Assembly: GCA_958267355.1 (NCBI GenBank)
Contig: OY279575.1
Span: 1,246,295 to 1,310,294, forward strand
Source: an uncultured Alphaproteobacteria bacterium
GTDB taxonomy: Bacteria; Pseudomonadota; Alphaproteobacteria; JALCBB01
Length of the DNA stretch: 64,000 nt
Direction of reading: 5' to 3'
Under the pieces are notes generated by a model. The model was not told the DNA's origin. It made no database searches and was given only the letters and a program-made list of their open reading frames with translations. Position 1 is the stretch's first letter; every line of letters begins with the position of its first letter. Below, in pieces: positions 11,024 to 20,044 of the stretch. The translations under genes were made by a program, and so were the position numbers.

Positions 11024-12034
11024 ATGAGCGGCACGGCAACAAAAGCAAGCGACGGAGCAAAACGGCTTGTTCCGTGTGGCTGGGGGCATTACCTGCCCGA
11101 GAAAGTGCTGACCAACGCTGAGCTTTCGCAAGCCTTGGACACATCAGACGAATGGATTCGCCAACGCACGGGAATACGCCAACGGCATATTGTCGCGGAT
11201 GATGAAAGCACTTTGACTCTTGCTGAGCGGGCGAGCCGCCAGGCGTTGGCGCATGCGGGTTGGCGTGCGAGTGAAGTTGATTTGGTGTTGGTTGCGACGG
11301 CGACTCCTGATATGACATTTCCGTCTGTGTCGTGTCTTTTGCAGGAAGCCTTGGGATGCAGGCCTGGTGGAGCGGCATTTGACATTCAAGCGGCGTGTTC
11401 GGGTTTCATATACGGACTTAGCGTTGCTGACGCGCTTGCTAAAAGCGGAGACTTTGCGAAGATTTTGCTGGTGGGTTCTGAGACTTTCAGCCGCATATTG
11501 GATTGGCAAGATCGCCGTACGGCGGTGTTGTTTGGCGATGGGGCGGGTGCTGTTGCCTGTGAAGTTCGCGGTGGGGCTACGGCGGGTTCTGGTGGTGCGG
11601 GCGTGTTATCTACGCATTTGTTTGCTGATGGCAAGCATGCGCAGGCGTTGCGTTCGTCGGGAGGGATTTCGCTGACGCGCACGGCGGGTGTGGTGGAGAT
11701 GGACGGGCGTGAAGTTTATCGTCATGCGGTTGTGCGTATGGCGGAAGCGATTGAAGTGGCTTTGTCGGCGCACGGCTTGACTTCGGCGGATATTGATTGG
11801 TTTGTGCCGCATCAGGCGAACTTGCGTTTGATGGAGACGATGGCGGAGCGGTTGCATTTACCACGCGAGCAGATGTTGAGTCCTGTTGAGCGGCACGCGA
11901 ATACTTCGGCGGCGTCTATTCCCTTGGCGATATCGGAAGCGGCGGCGGAGGGAAAGTTTAAGTCTGGTGATTTGCTGTTGCTGGAAGCTTTGGGGGCGGG
12001 CTTTACTTGGGGGTCTGCACTGCTTAGATGGTAG
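11024..12034 (+). CDS. fabH: 3-oxoacyl-ACP synthase III
   Basis: DIQAACSGF, VLFGDGAGA, PHQAN, ANTSAASIP, GAGFTWG. Confidence 0.97.
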   Translation: MSGTATKASDGAKRLVPCGWGHYLPEKVLTNAELSQALDTSDEWIRQRTGIRQRHIVADDESTLTLAERASRQALAHAGWRASEVDLVLVATATPDMTFPSVSCLLQEALGCRPGGAAFDIQAACSGFIYGLSVADALAKSGDFAKILLVGSETFSRILDWQDRRTAVLFGDGAGAVACEVRGGATAGSGGAGVLSTHLFADGKHAQALRSSGGISLTRTAGVVEMDGREVYRHAVVRMAEAIEVALSAHGLTSADIDWFVPHQANLRLMETMAERLHLPREQMLSPVERHANTSAASIPLAISEAAAEGKFKSGDLLLLEALGAGFTWGSALLRW

Positions 12035-12273
12035 TTGTGGTGGGTGTGGTGGTACTTGTGGCGGTAGGTGTTGTCTTGGCTGTTGTGGCACGAGCTGGTG
12101 CGGAACATTTAGCGCAATGAACTGCTTGGAGAATAAAAGTTTGCGGAATTAATTGTTTTAATTGTTGGGCTATGAAATGCCTTGAAATGGGTTTGCGTCC
12201 GTGCAATACTACGGGTCTGACGAACGGATGCACCTTAGGTGATGTTTTTGGAGGAAAAGGGGGGTATAGTTTT

Positions 12274-12618
12274 ATGAGCAATTCGCTCACGCGCAAAGAC
12301 ATCTATGAAAAGGTGCGCGAGCAAGTTGGCTTGCCCTATGCGGAGTCGCATCGTTTATTGGATCAGATGTTTGTGATTGTCCGCGAGGGATTGAAACGCG
12401 GCGAAGATATTAAGATTGCGCGGTTTGGAGTTTTTGCGGTGCATCACAAGAAGGCGCGGATTGGACGTAATCCGAAGACGAAGCGTGAAGTGATGATTAG
12501 CGAACGTTATTCTATAAGTTTTCGTGCATCGGGATTGTTGAAGGAGCGGATACGCCACGCTAACCAACAAGCCACTCAACGAGCTAACCAACAAGCCAAT
12601 CGGAAGCAGGAGCCTTGA
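12274..12618 (+). CDS. ihfA: Integration host factor alpha
   Basis: LTRKDI, IKIARFGVF, RIGRNPKT, SFRAS; fabH-ihfA-merR synteny. Confidence 0.92.
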   Translation: MSNSLTRKDIYEKVREQVGLPYAESHRLLDQMFVIVREGLKRGEDIKIARFGVFAVHHKKARIGRNPKTKREVMISERYSISFRASGLLKERIRHANQQATQRANQQANRKQEP

Positions 12619-12621
12619 GCT

Positions 12622-13584
12622 ATGGTGGCTTCTTCTGCTGGACGGGCTACTGCTTTGCCGACGGGGGCGGAGGAATCGCCTGAATCCCCTGAAATTGGCG
12701 GTGGGCTTGGCGGAAAGGCGCAAGAAACTGCGGAAAAACCTGCGGACAAGCCACAAGAAAAGTCGCAAATTGGGCAAGACGCGCAAGAAGGGCAGGAATT
12801 GGCGGAAAATTCTGGCTTATCTGCGGCTTCTTCGGTGGAAGCGGCTTTCGGGCAGGACAGTAGCCAGACCCGCAAGCAGACCCACAAGCAGACAGGCGAT
12901 GAGGCAAGCGAGCGGGCAAGGGGGCAGGTAAGCCCCCAAACAGGCTCTCACGGAGCCACAGGTGCCACTGGAGCGGTTTTTTCTGGTTCTGGTGCTATTC
13001 CCCCCTCTAGCCCTGTTCTTGCCGCTGTGGAGCCACCAGAAGCCGCTCCAGATGGGGGAATCGCCTTAGGGGCAGGGACTACTTCGCAAGTTGTGGCTTT
13101 TCCTGTGCGCGAGCCAGCGGCACAGCCCATTCCACAGCCCAGCACTCCGCCTACCCCACAGAACAGCACCCAGCCCGCCCCACAGCCTAGCGAGCTAGCC
13201 AAGGGAATTCCTGTTTCGCCTGTTGGTGTTAAACCTGCGAAGGCTTCTTTGACGAAGATTCAGAGCAAGGATGCACTGCGGGGTATTCGTGAAGCGGCGC
13301 AAGAAATTGGCGTGGAGCCGCATGTCTTGCGTTTTTGGGAGACTCGTTTTTCGGCTTTGAAGCCGATTAAGCATGCTGGCGGCAGGCGACTCTATCGTCC
13401 GCAAGATATGGAGCTTTTGCGCCGTATTTATGCTTTGTTGCGCGAAGATGGTATGACCATCAAGGGAGCGGCAAAAGTGATTGGCAATCGTGCTGGACGT
13501 GCTGAGGCAAAAAACGACAGCTTGCGCATCCGCGCCAACGAGATCTTGCACATCGCCGACGAGCTAGAATCCCTATTTAAGTAG
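12622..13584 (+). CDS. MerR-family transcriptional regulator with long disordered N-terminal extension
   Basis: C-terminal IREAAQEIGVEPHVLRFWETRF...GGRRLYRP...GMTIKGA; start uncertain. Confidence 0.85.
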   Translation: MVASSAGRATALPTGAEESPESPEIGGGLGGKAQETAEKPADKPQEKSQIGQDAQEGQELAENSGLSAASSVEAAFGQDSSQTRKQTHKQTGDEASERARGQVSPQTGSHGATGATGAVFSGSGAIPPSSPVLAAVEPPEAAPDGGIALGAGTTSQVVAFPVREPAAQPIPQPSTPPTPQNSTQPAPQPSELAKGIPVSPVGVKPAKASLTKIQSKDALRGIREAAQEIGVEPHVLRFWETRFSALKPIKHAGGRRLYRPQDMELLRRIYALLREDGMTIKGAAKVIGNRAGRAEAKNDSLRIRANEILHIADELESLFK

Positions 13585-14024
13585 CACCTTGCCTGAAACA
13601 AAGTCAGGGTTAGGCTCTACTTCCCCGTCTTTGTCTTACTGGTGGGTTAAGCCTTTATAGGGCTTCGTCTCAAAGTTAATCTGTGCCTTCCCCATCTTTA
13701 CAGTACCCTGATTTCTGAGCCGCAAAAAAATGGGTTGGGGTTAGGCTTTACTTCAACATTTAATTTACGCACCCTTGCGGGTGCTTTTGCTCGCGCAAGC
13801 GCGAGCGTCCGCTTCGCTACGCTCGTTTCACTCCGCTACGCTCGCGCTCGTGCGCTACGCGCACTCGGTGGGTCTTCATCTCCATAACGGGAGCCAGTTA
13901 ATCCCACTAATCTTACGCTCCCCCCGTTAGGGGCTTCGGCTCAATTAACCCGTCACTAAAACTATGGGGCTTAACAGCTGGTGGGAGCAACAAGGCCTGG
14001 CACGAATGCCCCACCGCAAGGTGG
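13585..14024. mobile_element. Non-coding composite repeat element (MITE/REP-BIME-like): modules B+C+D plus one ~90-bp A unit
   Basis: Homologous to 38020-38366, 34282-34465 and 52150-53200; no conserved ORF; mobility is inferred. Confidence 0.7.
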
Positions 14025-14098
14025 TCGGAGCGGCGGGATTTGAACCCACGACCTCCTGCGCCCCATGCAGGCGCGCTACCAAGCTGCGCTACGCTCCG
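14022..14098 (-). tRNA. tRNA-Pro(GGG)
   Basis: CGGAGCGTAGCGCAGCTTGGTAGCGCG-CCTGC-ATGGGGC-GCAGG...GTTCAAATC...CCGACCA. Confidence 0.96.
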
Positions 14099-14159
14099 AG
14101 AGAGGGGGAATTTTTGGGGAGGGAATTTTGGGCGAAGTATTTGGGGTGCGGTATTGGGG

Positions 14160-14312
14160 CGGGGTGGAGTTTATAGCGGGATAGCGTGGGGTGTATAGCG
14201 GGGCGGAGCGGAGTTGAGTCTATAGCGGGATAGCGTGGGGTGTATAGCGGGACGGGGTGGAGTTTATAGCGGGATGGCGTGGGGGTATAGCGGGGTGGAG
14301 TGGAGTGTATAG
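14160..14312. repeat. G-rich imperfect tandem repeat (TATAGCGGG...), ~24-28-bp units
   Basis: tatagcggg recurs six times. Confidence 0.8.
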
Positions 14313-14393
14313 CCTTTGTGGGTTTTCTACTAGGCGAGTTGGGGGAAGCTAGGCTGATTTGCGGTAGTGGGGGTTAGGCTTTGCGGACAGGCT

Positions 14394-15458
14394 TTAGGCT
14401 TTGCGGGCTTGGCTGAAGCCTGCAAGGTAGCTGGAAACATTTTCGCCGATATTTTCTATGTCGTATCCGCCTTCTAGTATGAAGACAGTGGGTAGGTTGA
14501 GCTGGGCGATCATACGTCCTGCTTCTAGGTAGTCTTCTTGGGTTAGGCGGAAGAAAGACAGCGGGTCGTTGTGGAAGGTATCTACACCGAGTGAGACGAC
14601 TAAGGCTTCGGCTCCGTAGTCTGTGTAGTAGCGGCAGGCTTGGTTGAGTCCTTCTTGCCACAGGTTCCATCCCGTGCCGGGCGGGTAGGGAAAGTTTAGG
14701 TTAAAGCCTTCGCCGACTCCTGAGCCGCGTTCGTCGGCGTAGCCTAGAAAGTTGGGGAAGGTGTGTTCGGGGTCTCCGTGGAGTGAAATGTAATAGACAT
14801 CTTTGCGGTCGTAGAAGATTTCCTGTGTGCCGTTGCCGTGGTGGAAGTCTACATCTAGCACGGCGACTCGTTCGGCTCCTGCGTGGATGAAGTCTTGGGC
14901 GGCGATGGCAGCGTTATTTAAGAAGCAGTATCCGCCGTATTGGTTTTTTGATGCGTGGTGACCAGGCGGACGACACAAGCCGAAGGCGGCTCCTAATCCG
15001 TTGCGTACGGCGGCGGTTGCGGTCAGGGCGGTTTGTGCCGCCCAGTAAGCCGCTTGCCAGGTGCCTTCTTGGATTGTGGTTTCGGCGGCAAGAGCGTAAT
15101 AGCCGACTCGTCCTTCTAGGTCGTGAGCGGGGGGTACGGTGCGTCCTGGCATGGAGCGCGAAGGCCAGACTGAAGGCACAACATCGTTTTTGTTGCCAGC
15201 GGCGTTCCAGGCTTGCCAGATGGTGCGTAGGAACTCCACATAGTCGGAGTCGTGTATGGCGAGAATCATCTCACTGCCGAAGTCATCAGGCTTGTGCAGG
15301 TCATCGGGCTTGCACAGGGTTCCGCCGCCGAAGGAGAGCAATCCTTCGCGGACTGCTTCGGCGCGTTGTGGGATTTCCACAGGGGCGCGGAAGCCGCCGC
15401 CAGCCAGCTCGTTGGCAGGTGCGTGCAGGGCGTGTTTTTCGGAAAAAACTGTCAGCAT
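14394..15458 (-). CDS. Histone deacetylase family protein, acetylpolyamine amidohydrolase-like
   Basis: RPPGHHA, GGYCFLNNAA, DVDFHHGNGTQ, SLGVD, LEGGY. Confidence 0.92.
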   Translation of the reverse strand: MLTVFSEKHALHAPANELAGGGFRAPVEIPQRAEAVREGLLSFGGGTLCKPDDLHKPDDFGSEMILAIHDSDYVEFLRTIWQAWNAAGNKNDVVPSVWPSRSMPGRTVPPAHDLEGRVGYYALAAETTIQEGTWQAAYWAAQTALTATAAVRNGLGAAFGLCRPPGHHASKNQYGGYCFLNNAAIAAQDFIHAGAERVAVLDVDFHHGNGTQEIFYDRKDVYYISLHGDPEHTFPNFLGYADERGSGVGEGFNLNFPYPPGTGWNLWQEGLNQACRYYTDYGAEALVVSLGVDTFHNDPLSFFRLTQEDYLEAGRMIAQLNLPTVFILEGGYDIENIGENVSSYLAGFSQARKA

Positions 15459-15534
15459 TCTCTGATGCTTCTAGGATACCGCGTCTGTGGAGCAAAAACA
15501 AACGCGGCATCAGCGTAGTGCCAGCGTGGCGTTA

Positions 15535-15775
15535 GCGTAGTGTTAGCGTGGCTTATGCGTGGCTTATATGGCTTGTGTGTCGCTTATGTGGCTTGTGTGT
15601 GGCTTGTATGGCTTGTGCGTAGCTTATGTGGCTTGTGTGTGGCTTATATGGCTTGTGTGTGGCTTATATGGCTTGTGCGTGGCTTATATGGCTTGTGCGT
15701 AGCTTATGTGGCTTGTGCGTAGCTTATGTGGCTTGTGCGTAGCTTATATGGCTTGTGCGTGGTGTTTATGTGGTT
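15535..15775. repeat. 20-bp tandem repeat GTGGCTTATATGGCTTGTGC, ~10 copies
   Basis: Seen directly; has a 10-bp sub-periodicity. Confidence 0.92.
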
Positions 15776-15874
15776 TGTGTGTTCTGCGTGTTCTGTGTGC
15801 TCTCTTTGCTCTCTGTGCGTTATTCGCCTGCCGTTTGCGTGGCGGATACGACTGCTATACTCTGCAGCCTGCCT

Positions 15875-15947
15875 GTCCCCTTCGTCTAGAGGCCTAGGAC
15901 ACCGCCCTCTCACGGCGGCAACAGGGGTTCGAATCCCCTAGGGGACG
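15875..15947 (+). tRNA. tRNA-Glu(CTC), CCA not encoded
   Basis: GTCCCCTTCGTCTAGAGGCCTAGGACA-CCGCC-CTCTCAC-GGCGG...GTTCGAATC...AGGGGACG then CAA. Confidence 0.95.
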
Positions 15948-15951
15948 CAAT

Positions 15952-16212
15952 ACACCCTAGACGCACCTAAGCCACTCCCTAGATGCACCCTAAACGCACC
16001 TAAGCCACACCTAAGCCACACCCAAGCCACACTTTAAGCCCCACCCAAGCCACACCCAAGCCAAAGTACAAGCACTTTTTTCAAGCCTTTTTTCTGCCCC
16101 ATCTTGCTAAGCTCTAACCCTTGCTACGACTTAACCCTTGCTACGCCCTATCCTTGCTACGACTTAACTCTTGCTACAACTTAACCCTTGCTACGACTTA
16201 ACTCTGGCTACG
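15952..16212. repeat. 12-bp (CTAAGCCACACC) and 18-bp (TTAACCCTTGCTACGAC-like) tandem repeats
   Basis: Two adjacent imperfect arrays between tRNA-Glu and mmsA. Confidence 0.8.
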
Positions 16213-16214
16213 AA

Positions 16215-17720
16215 ATGCACTCCATCAGTTCGCTTTTGAATGGCACGGCAGTTGGCTCTGCGGACTCAACGGCTACTTCTCCTGTCTTTGACCCAGCGAC
16301 AGGAGTGCAGACAGCAGAGCTACACAACGCCAATGCAGCTCTGGTAGATAAAGCCGTGCAGAGCGCAAGCCAAGCAGCTCCTGCTTGGGGAGATCTGGCA
16401 ACAGCAAAGCGGGCTTCGCTGTTCTTTCGTCTTCACCAAATCTTAGACGCAAACCGCGACAGCATTGCGCGGGCGATTAGTGCCGAACACGGCAAAACCC
16501 ACGGAGATGCACTCGGCGAAGTCTCTCGTGGCATTGAAGTAGTAGAATTTGCCTGCGGACTTACCAAGCAAACCGCAGGCACTTTTTCGCCCCAAGCGGC
16601 AACGGGAATTGATGTCTATGACTTCCGCCAGCCGTTGGGTGTAGTGGCGGGGATAACGCCTTTTAACTTTCCGTTTATGGTGCCGATGTGGATGGCACCA
16701 ATGGCTTTGGCATGTGGCAATGCGTTTATCTTGAAGCCATCAGAACGCGACCCATCCGCTTCGTTGCTGTTGCATCAATATTTTATGGAAGCGGGCTTTC
16801 CGCCCGAAGTCTTGCAGGTGATCCACGGCGGCAAAGAAGCCGTGGATGCACTTCTCACACACGAGCAAATTGCCGCGGTAAGCTTTGTCGGCTCAACCGC
16901 GATTGCGCGTTATATCTACGAAACTGCAACCGCCCACGGCAAACGAGTCCAAGCCTTAGGCGGAGCAAAAAATCATATGGTGATCTTGCCCGATGCTGAT
17001 TTAGAAGCAGCGGCGAATGCACTTATGGGTGCGGCTTTTGGTTCAGCAGGTGAGCGTTGTATGGCAATTTCTGTTGCAGTACCCGTGGGCAAAGAAACCG
17101 CCGACAAGCTTGTCGCTCTACTCAAAGAAAAAATCCACGCTCTGAAGATTGCACCCGCCACAGACGAAACCGCCGAAATGGGCCCGTTGATTACAGCGGA
17201 AGCACAAAAGCGCGTACTAGACTTCATCTCCACAGGCGAAGAAGAAGGCGCGGAAGTGGTTTGCGATGGGCGGGGCTTTACTCCGCCCGCAGGATGCGAA
17301 CAGGGCTTTTTTGTCGGCGGAACTTTATTAGACAAGGTGACTCCCGCAATGCGGGTTTGGCAGGAAGAAATCTTCGGCCCTGTGCTTTCTGTTGTCCGTG
17401 CTGACTCGGCTGAAGAAGCGTTAGCTGTTGTCAATCAACATCCCTACGGCAACGGCACGGCACTTTTCACCCGCAACGGAGAAGCCGCACGGTCTTTTGT
17501 CCGTGGTGTGAAGGCAGGTATGGTCGGAATCAATGTGCCGATACCCGTGCCTGTCTCGTGGCACTCCTTCGGCGGCTGGAAAAGCTCGCTGTTCGGAGCC
17601 AACGCCATCTACGGCACAGAAGGGTTAAACTTTTACTCCAAGCTCAAGACCGTCACCGCCCGTTGGCATTCTGCTGAAAGTAAAGACGCAGCGCAGTTTC
17701 ACTTTCCGACTCTTGCTTAG
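16215..17720 (+). CDS. mmsA: CoA-acylating (methyl)malonate-semialdehyde dehydrogenase
   Basis: ITPFNFP, LKPSERDP, SFVGST, GGAKNH, GSAGERCMA, EEIFGPV. Confidence 0.93.
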   Translation: MHSISSLLNGTAVGSADSTATSPVFDPATGVQTAELHNANAALVDKAVQSASQAAPAWGDLATAKRASLFFRLHQILDANRDSIARAISAEHGKTHGDALGEVSRGIEVVEFACGLTKQTAGTFSPQAATGIDVYDFRQPLGVVAGITPFNFPFMVPMWMAPMALACGNAFILKPSERDPSASLLLHQYFMEAGFPPEVLQVIHGGKEAVDALLTHEQIAAVSFVGSTAIARYIYETATAHGKRVQALGGAKNHMVILPDADLEAAANALMGAAFGSAGERCMAISVAVPVGKETADKLVALLKEKIHALKIAPATDETAEMGPLITAEAQKRVLDFISTGEEEGAEVVCDGRGFTPPAGCEQGFFVGGTLLDKVTPAMRVWQEEIFGPVLSVVRADSAEEALAVVNQHPYGNGTALFTRNGEAARSFVRGVKAGMVGINVPIPVPVSWHSFGGWKSSLFGANAIYGTEGLNFYSKLKTVTARWHSAESKDAAQFHFPTLA

Positions 17721-17831
17721 TTCGGTGCCAAGCGACACACCTTTAGCGAAACATCTTTAACGAAACATCTTTAACGAAACATCTTTAGCGAAGCATCTTT
17801 AACGACACGCCTTGAAGCGACAAATTTTTCT

Positions 17832-19088
17832 ATGGCAACGAAACGCAAAGCCGCCAAAAGTACTTCTCCGTTCGGCAGGGGAGACGCGGCATTCCTACGC
17901 CAAGACCTTAGGGGAATAGCCCCCGAAATAGCCTATGCTGGCGCAACTTCGTTTTTGCGCAGACGCTATAGCCGTGATTTATCTGAAGCTGACCTTGCGG
18001 TGGTGGGTGTGCCGTATGACTTGGCGACGACAAATCGCTCGGGTGCGCGTCTTGGCCCGCGAGCTATTCGTGCGGCTTCGGCGATGATTGCCTGTTGGAC
18101 ACGCATCTACCCATGGGACTTTGACCCTATGCTCCGTATTGCTGTTGCCGATTGGGGCGATGTAGCTTTTGACCACGGACTGCCAGACAAGATTCCCGAC
18201 ACCATCACCCAGACCTTCCGTGAAATCTTGGCGAGCGACACGGCTACCCTTGCTTTGGGTGGAGATCATTTTATGACCTATCCGATCTTGCGTGCCTACG
18301 CCGAAAAGTATGGGGCTTTATCGTTGATTCACTTTGACGCGCATAGTGATACTTGGCGCGATAGTCATAACCGCATTGACCACGGCACGATGTTTTTTCA
18401 TGCGGCACGGGCGGGTTTGGTTGTGCCTGAGCGTTCGGCACAAATTGGCTTGCGGACATACAATCCTGAAAGCCACGGTTTTAATATCTTTGATGCACGC
18501 ACCGTCAAGCAAAGGGGAGCCAAAGTCGTAGCCCGTGAAGTGCGCAAGCTTGTCGGGCAGAACAAATGCTACCTGACTTTTGACATTGACTGCCTAGACC
18601 CTGCCTACGCACCTGGCACGGGCACACCTGAAATGGGCGGACTAACTAGCTACGAAGCCCAAGAACTGCTCTACGGCTTGCGGGGGATTAACTTGGTGGG
18701 AGCTGATGTGGTGGAAGTGGCTCCGCCTTTTGACCAGGCGGAAATTACGGCTTTGGCGGCGGCGACAATTGGTTTTATGCAGATTTCATTGTTTGCGGAA
18801 AATTTCCCTATGCACGAGCGTGAGAAGAGCCGTGCGCGGCACCTGGCTCGTGCGTCTGCCAAGGCTTCAAGGGGCAAGAAGTCAGCTACCAAGCGGAGTA
18901 TAAAAACAAAAAGAAAAACTAGGGTACAATCTGGAGTACAATCTAAGCCCAAGCCAAAAACCAAGCCAAAAACAAAAACCAAACCCAAGGCGAAAACAAA
19001 AGCCAAGGCAAAAACAAAGTCCAAGGCGAAAGCCAAGGCGAAAACAAAAGCCAAGGCAAAAGCCAAATCCAAGACTCGCAAAAGCTAG
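17832..19088 (+). CDS. speB: Agmatinase with ~85-aa Lys-rich C-terminal tail
   Basis: GGDHF, HFDAHSD, DHGT, TFDIDCLDPAYAPGTGTP, DVVEVAP. Confidence 0.9.
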   Translation: MATKRKAAKSTSPFGRGDAAFLRQDLRGIAPEIAYAGATSFLRRRYSRDLSEADLAVVGVPYDLATTNRSGARLGPRAIRAASAMIACWTRIYPWDFDPMLRIAVADWGDVAFDHGLPDKIPDTITQTFREILASDTATLALGGDHFMTYPILRAYAEKYGALSLIHFDAHSDTWRDSHNRIDHGTMFFHAARAGLVVPERSAQIGLRTYNPESHGFNIFDARTVKQRGAKVVAREVRKLVGQNKCYLTFDIDCLDPAYAPGTGTPEMGGLTSYEAQELLYGLRGINLVGADVVEVAPPFDQAEITALAAATIGFMQISLFAENFPMHEREKSRARHLARASAKASRGKKSATKRSIKTKRKTRVQSGVQSKPKPKTKPKTKTKPKAKTKAKAKTKSKAKAKAKTKAKAKAKSKTRKS

Positions 19089-19090
19089 CT

Positions 19091-19567
19091 ATGACTTCTA
19101 CGACCCAAAAGCCATCGGGCAAAAAGCCTGCGCAGGAAGCCAGCCAAGACAGCGACGCGCCACCTTTCGGCGAAAGTGCGCGTTCTGTGGCGGAAGAATT
19201 TGTCGCTCGCGGAGCAGACGCACTATCAGGAGCGGCAGGTTTGTTGCAGGGTGTGGAACGTGAAAGCCGCACCCAGTTCCGCGATGTGAGTCGGCGTATG
19301 GCGCGTAGGCTTGAGCTGGTGGAAGAAGAAGAGTTTTTGGCGTTGCGCGAGCAGGTGCGAGATTTATCAAAGCGCGTGGCGGTGCTTGAGGGCAAAAAGC
19401 CCGCAAAAAAATCTACACGGAAAAAATCTACACTGAAAAAATCCACACGCAAAAAATCTACACGCAAGACTACACGCAAAAAATCTACACAAAAGAAATC
19501 CAACAAGCAGACAAGCCGCAAGAAGACAACGAAGAAAGCGAAGAAATCTTCAGCCAAAAGAAAATAA
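19091..19567 (+). CDS. UbiK/BMFP-like accessory factor with KKSTR-repeat tail
   Basis: RLELVEEEEFLALREQ...LSKRVAVLE resembles the BMFP LDLV.REEF coiled coil. Confidence 0.65.
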   Translation: MTSTTQKPSGKKPAQEASQDSDAPPFGESARSVAEEFVARGADALSGAAGLLQGVERESRTQFRDVSRRMARRLELVEEEEFLALREQVRDLSKRVAVLEGKKPAKKSTRKKSTLKKSTRKKSTRKTTRKKSTQKKSNKQTSRKKTTKKAKKSSAKRK

Positions 19568-19599
19568 GCCAAAAGAATCCGCCGAAGGAAAATCCGCCG

Positions 19600-20040
19600 A
19601 TGGGTGCAGACAACACATTAGAAATGGCGCAGACGCTAAACGCTGTGCCTGAGTTAATCTTCCGCATCTGGACAGAAGCCGAGCAGTTGCGTAGCTGGTT
19701 TGGCGGCACGGGGTTTGAAGTGGTGGAGGCAAGTGCCGATGCGCAGGTGGGTGGCAAGTGGTCTGTGACCCTGCGCGGAGCTGATAGCGGCAACGAGTGG
19801 CAAGCGGTGGGTGAATACCGCGAGCTGGACTCACCCCATCGCATTGCGATGACTATGGCGTGGTTGATGGGTGAGGGAAATCGCTCTGAAGAAAGTTTGC
19901 TGACTCTTGTGCTCACAGCCCAAGGCGACAAAACCGAAGTTGCGCTCACCCAGACGGGTTTTAATTCTCCTGAAATGCGCGACAGGCACCGCGATGGCTG
20001 GCAGTCTTCGTTTGCTCTGATGGAGAAAAACTTTACTTGA
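19600..20040 (+). CDS. SRPBCC/AHSA1 domain protein
   Basis: PELIFRIWT....RSWFG, DAQVGG, GEYRELD.P.RI, HRDGW. Confidence 0.85.
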   Translation: MGADNTLEMAQTLNAVPELIFRIWTEAEQLRSWFGGTGFEVVEASADAQVGGKWSVTLRGADSGNEWQAVGEYRELDSPHRIAMTMAWLMGEGNRSEESLLTLVLTAQGDKTEVALTQTGFNSPEMRDRHRDGWQSSFALMEKNFT

Positions 20041-20044
20041 AGCT

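Noticed and set aside
15875-20040. Genomic island integrated at tRNA-Glu
   Set aside because: No integrase, no duplicated tRNA 3' end seen, and composition resembles the flanks.
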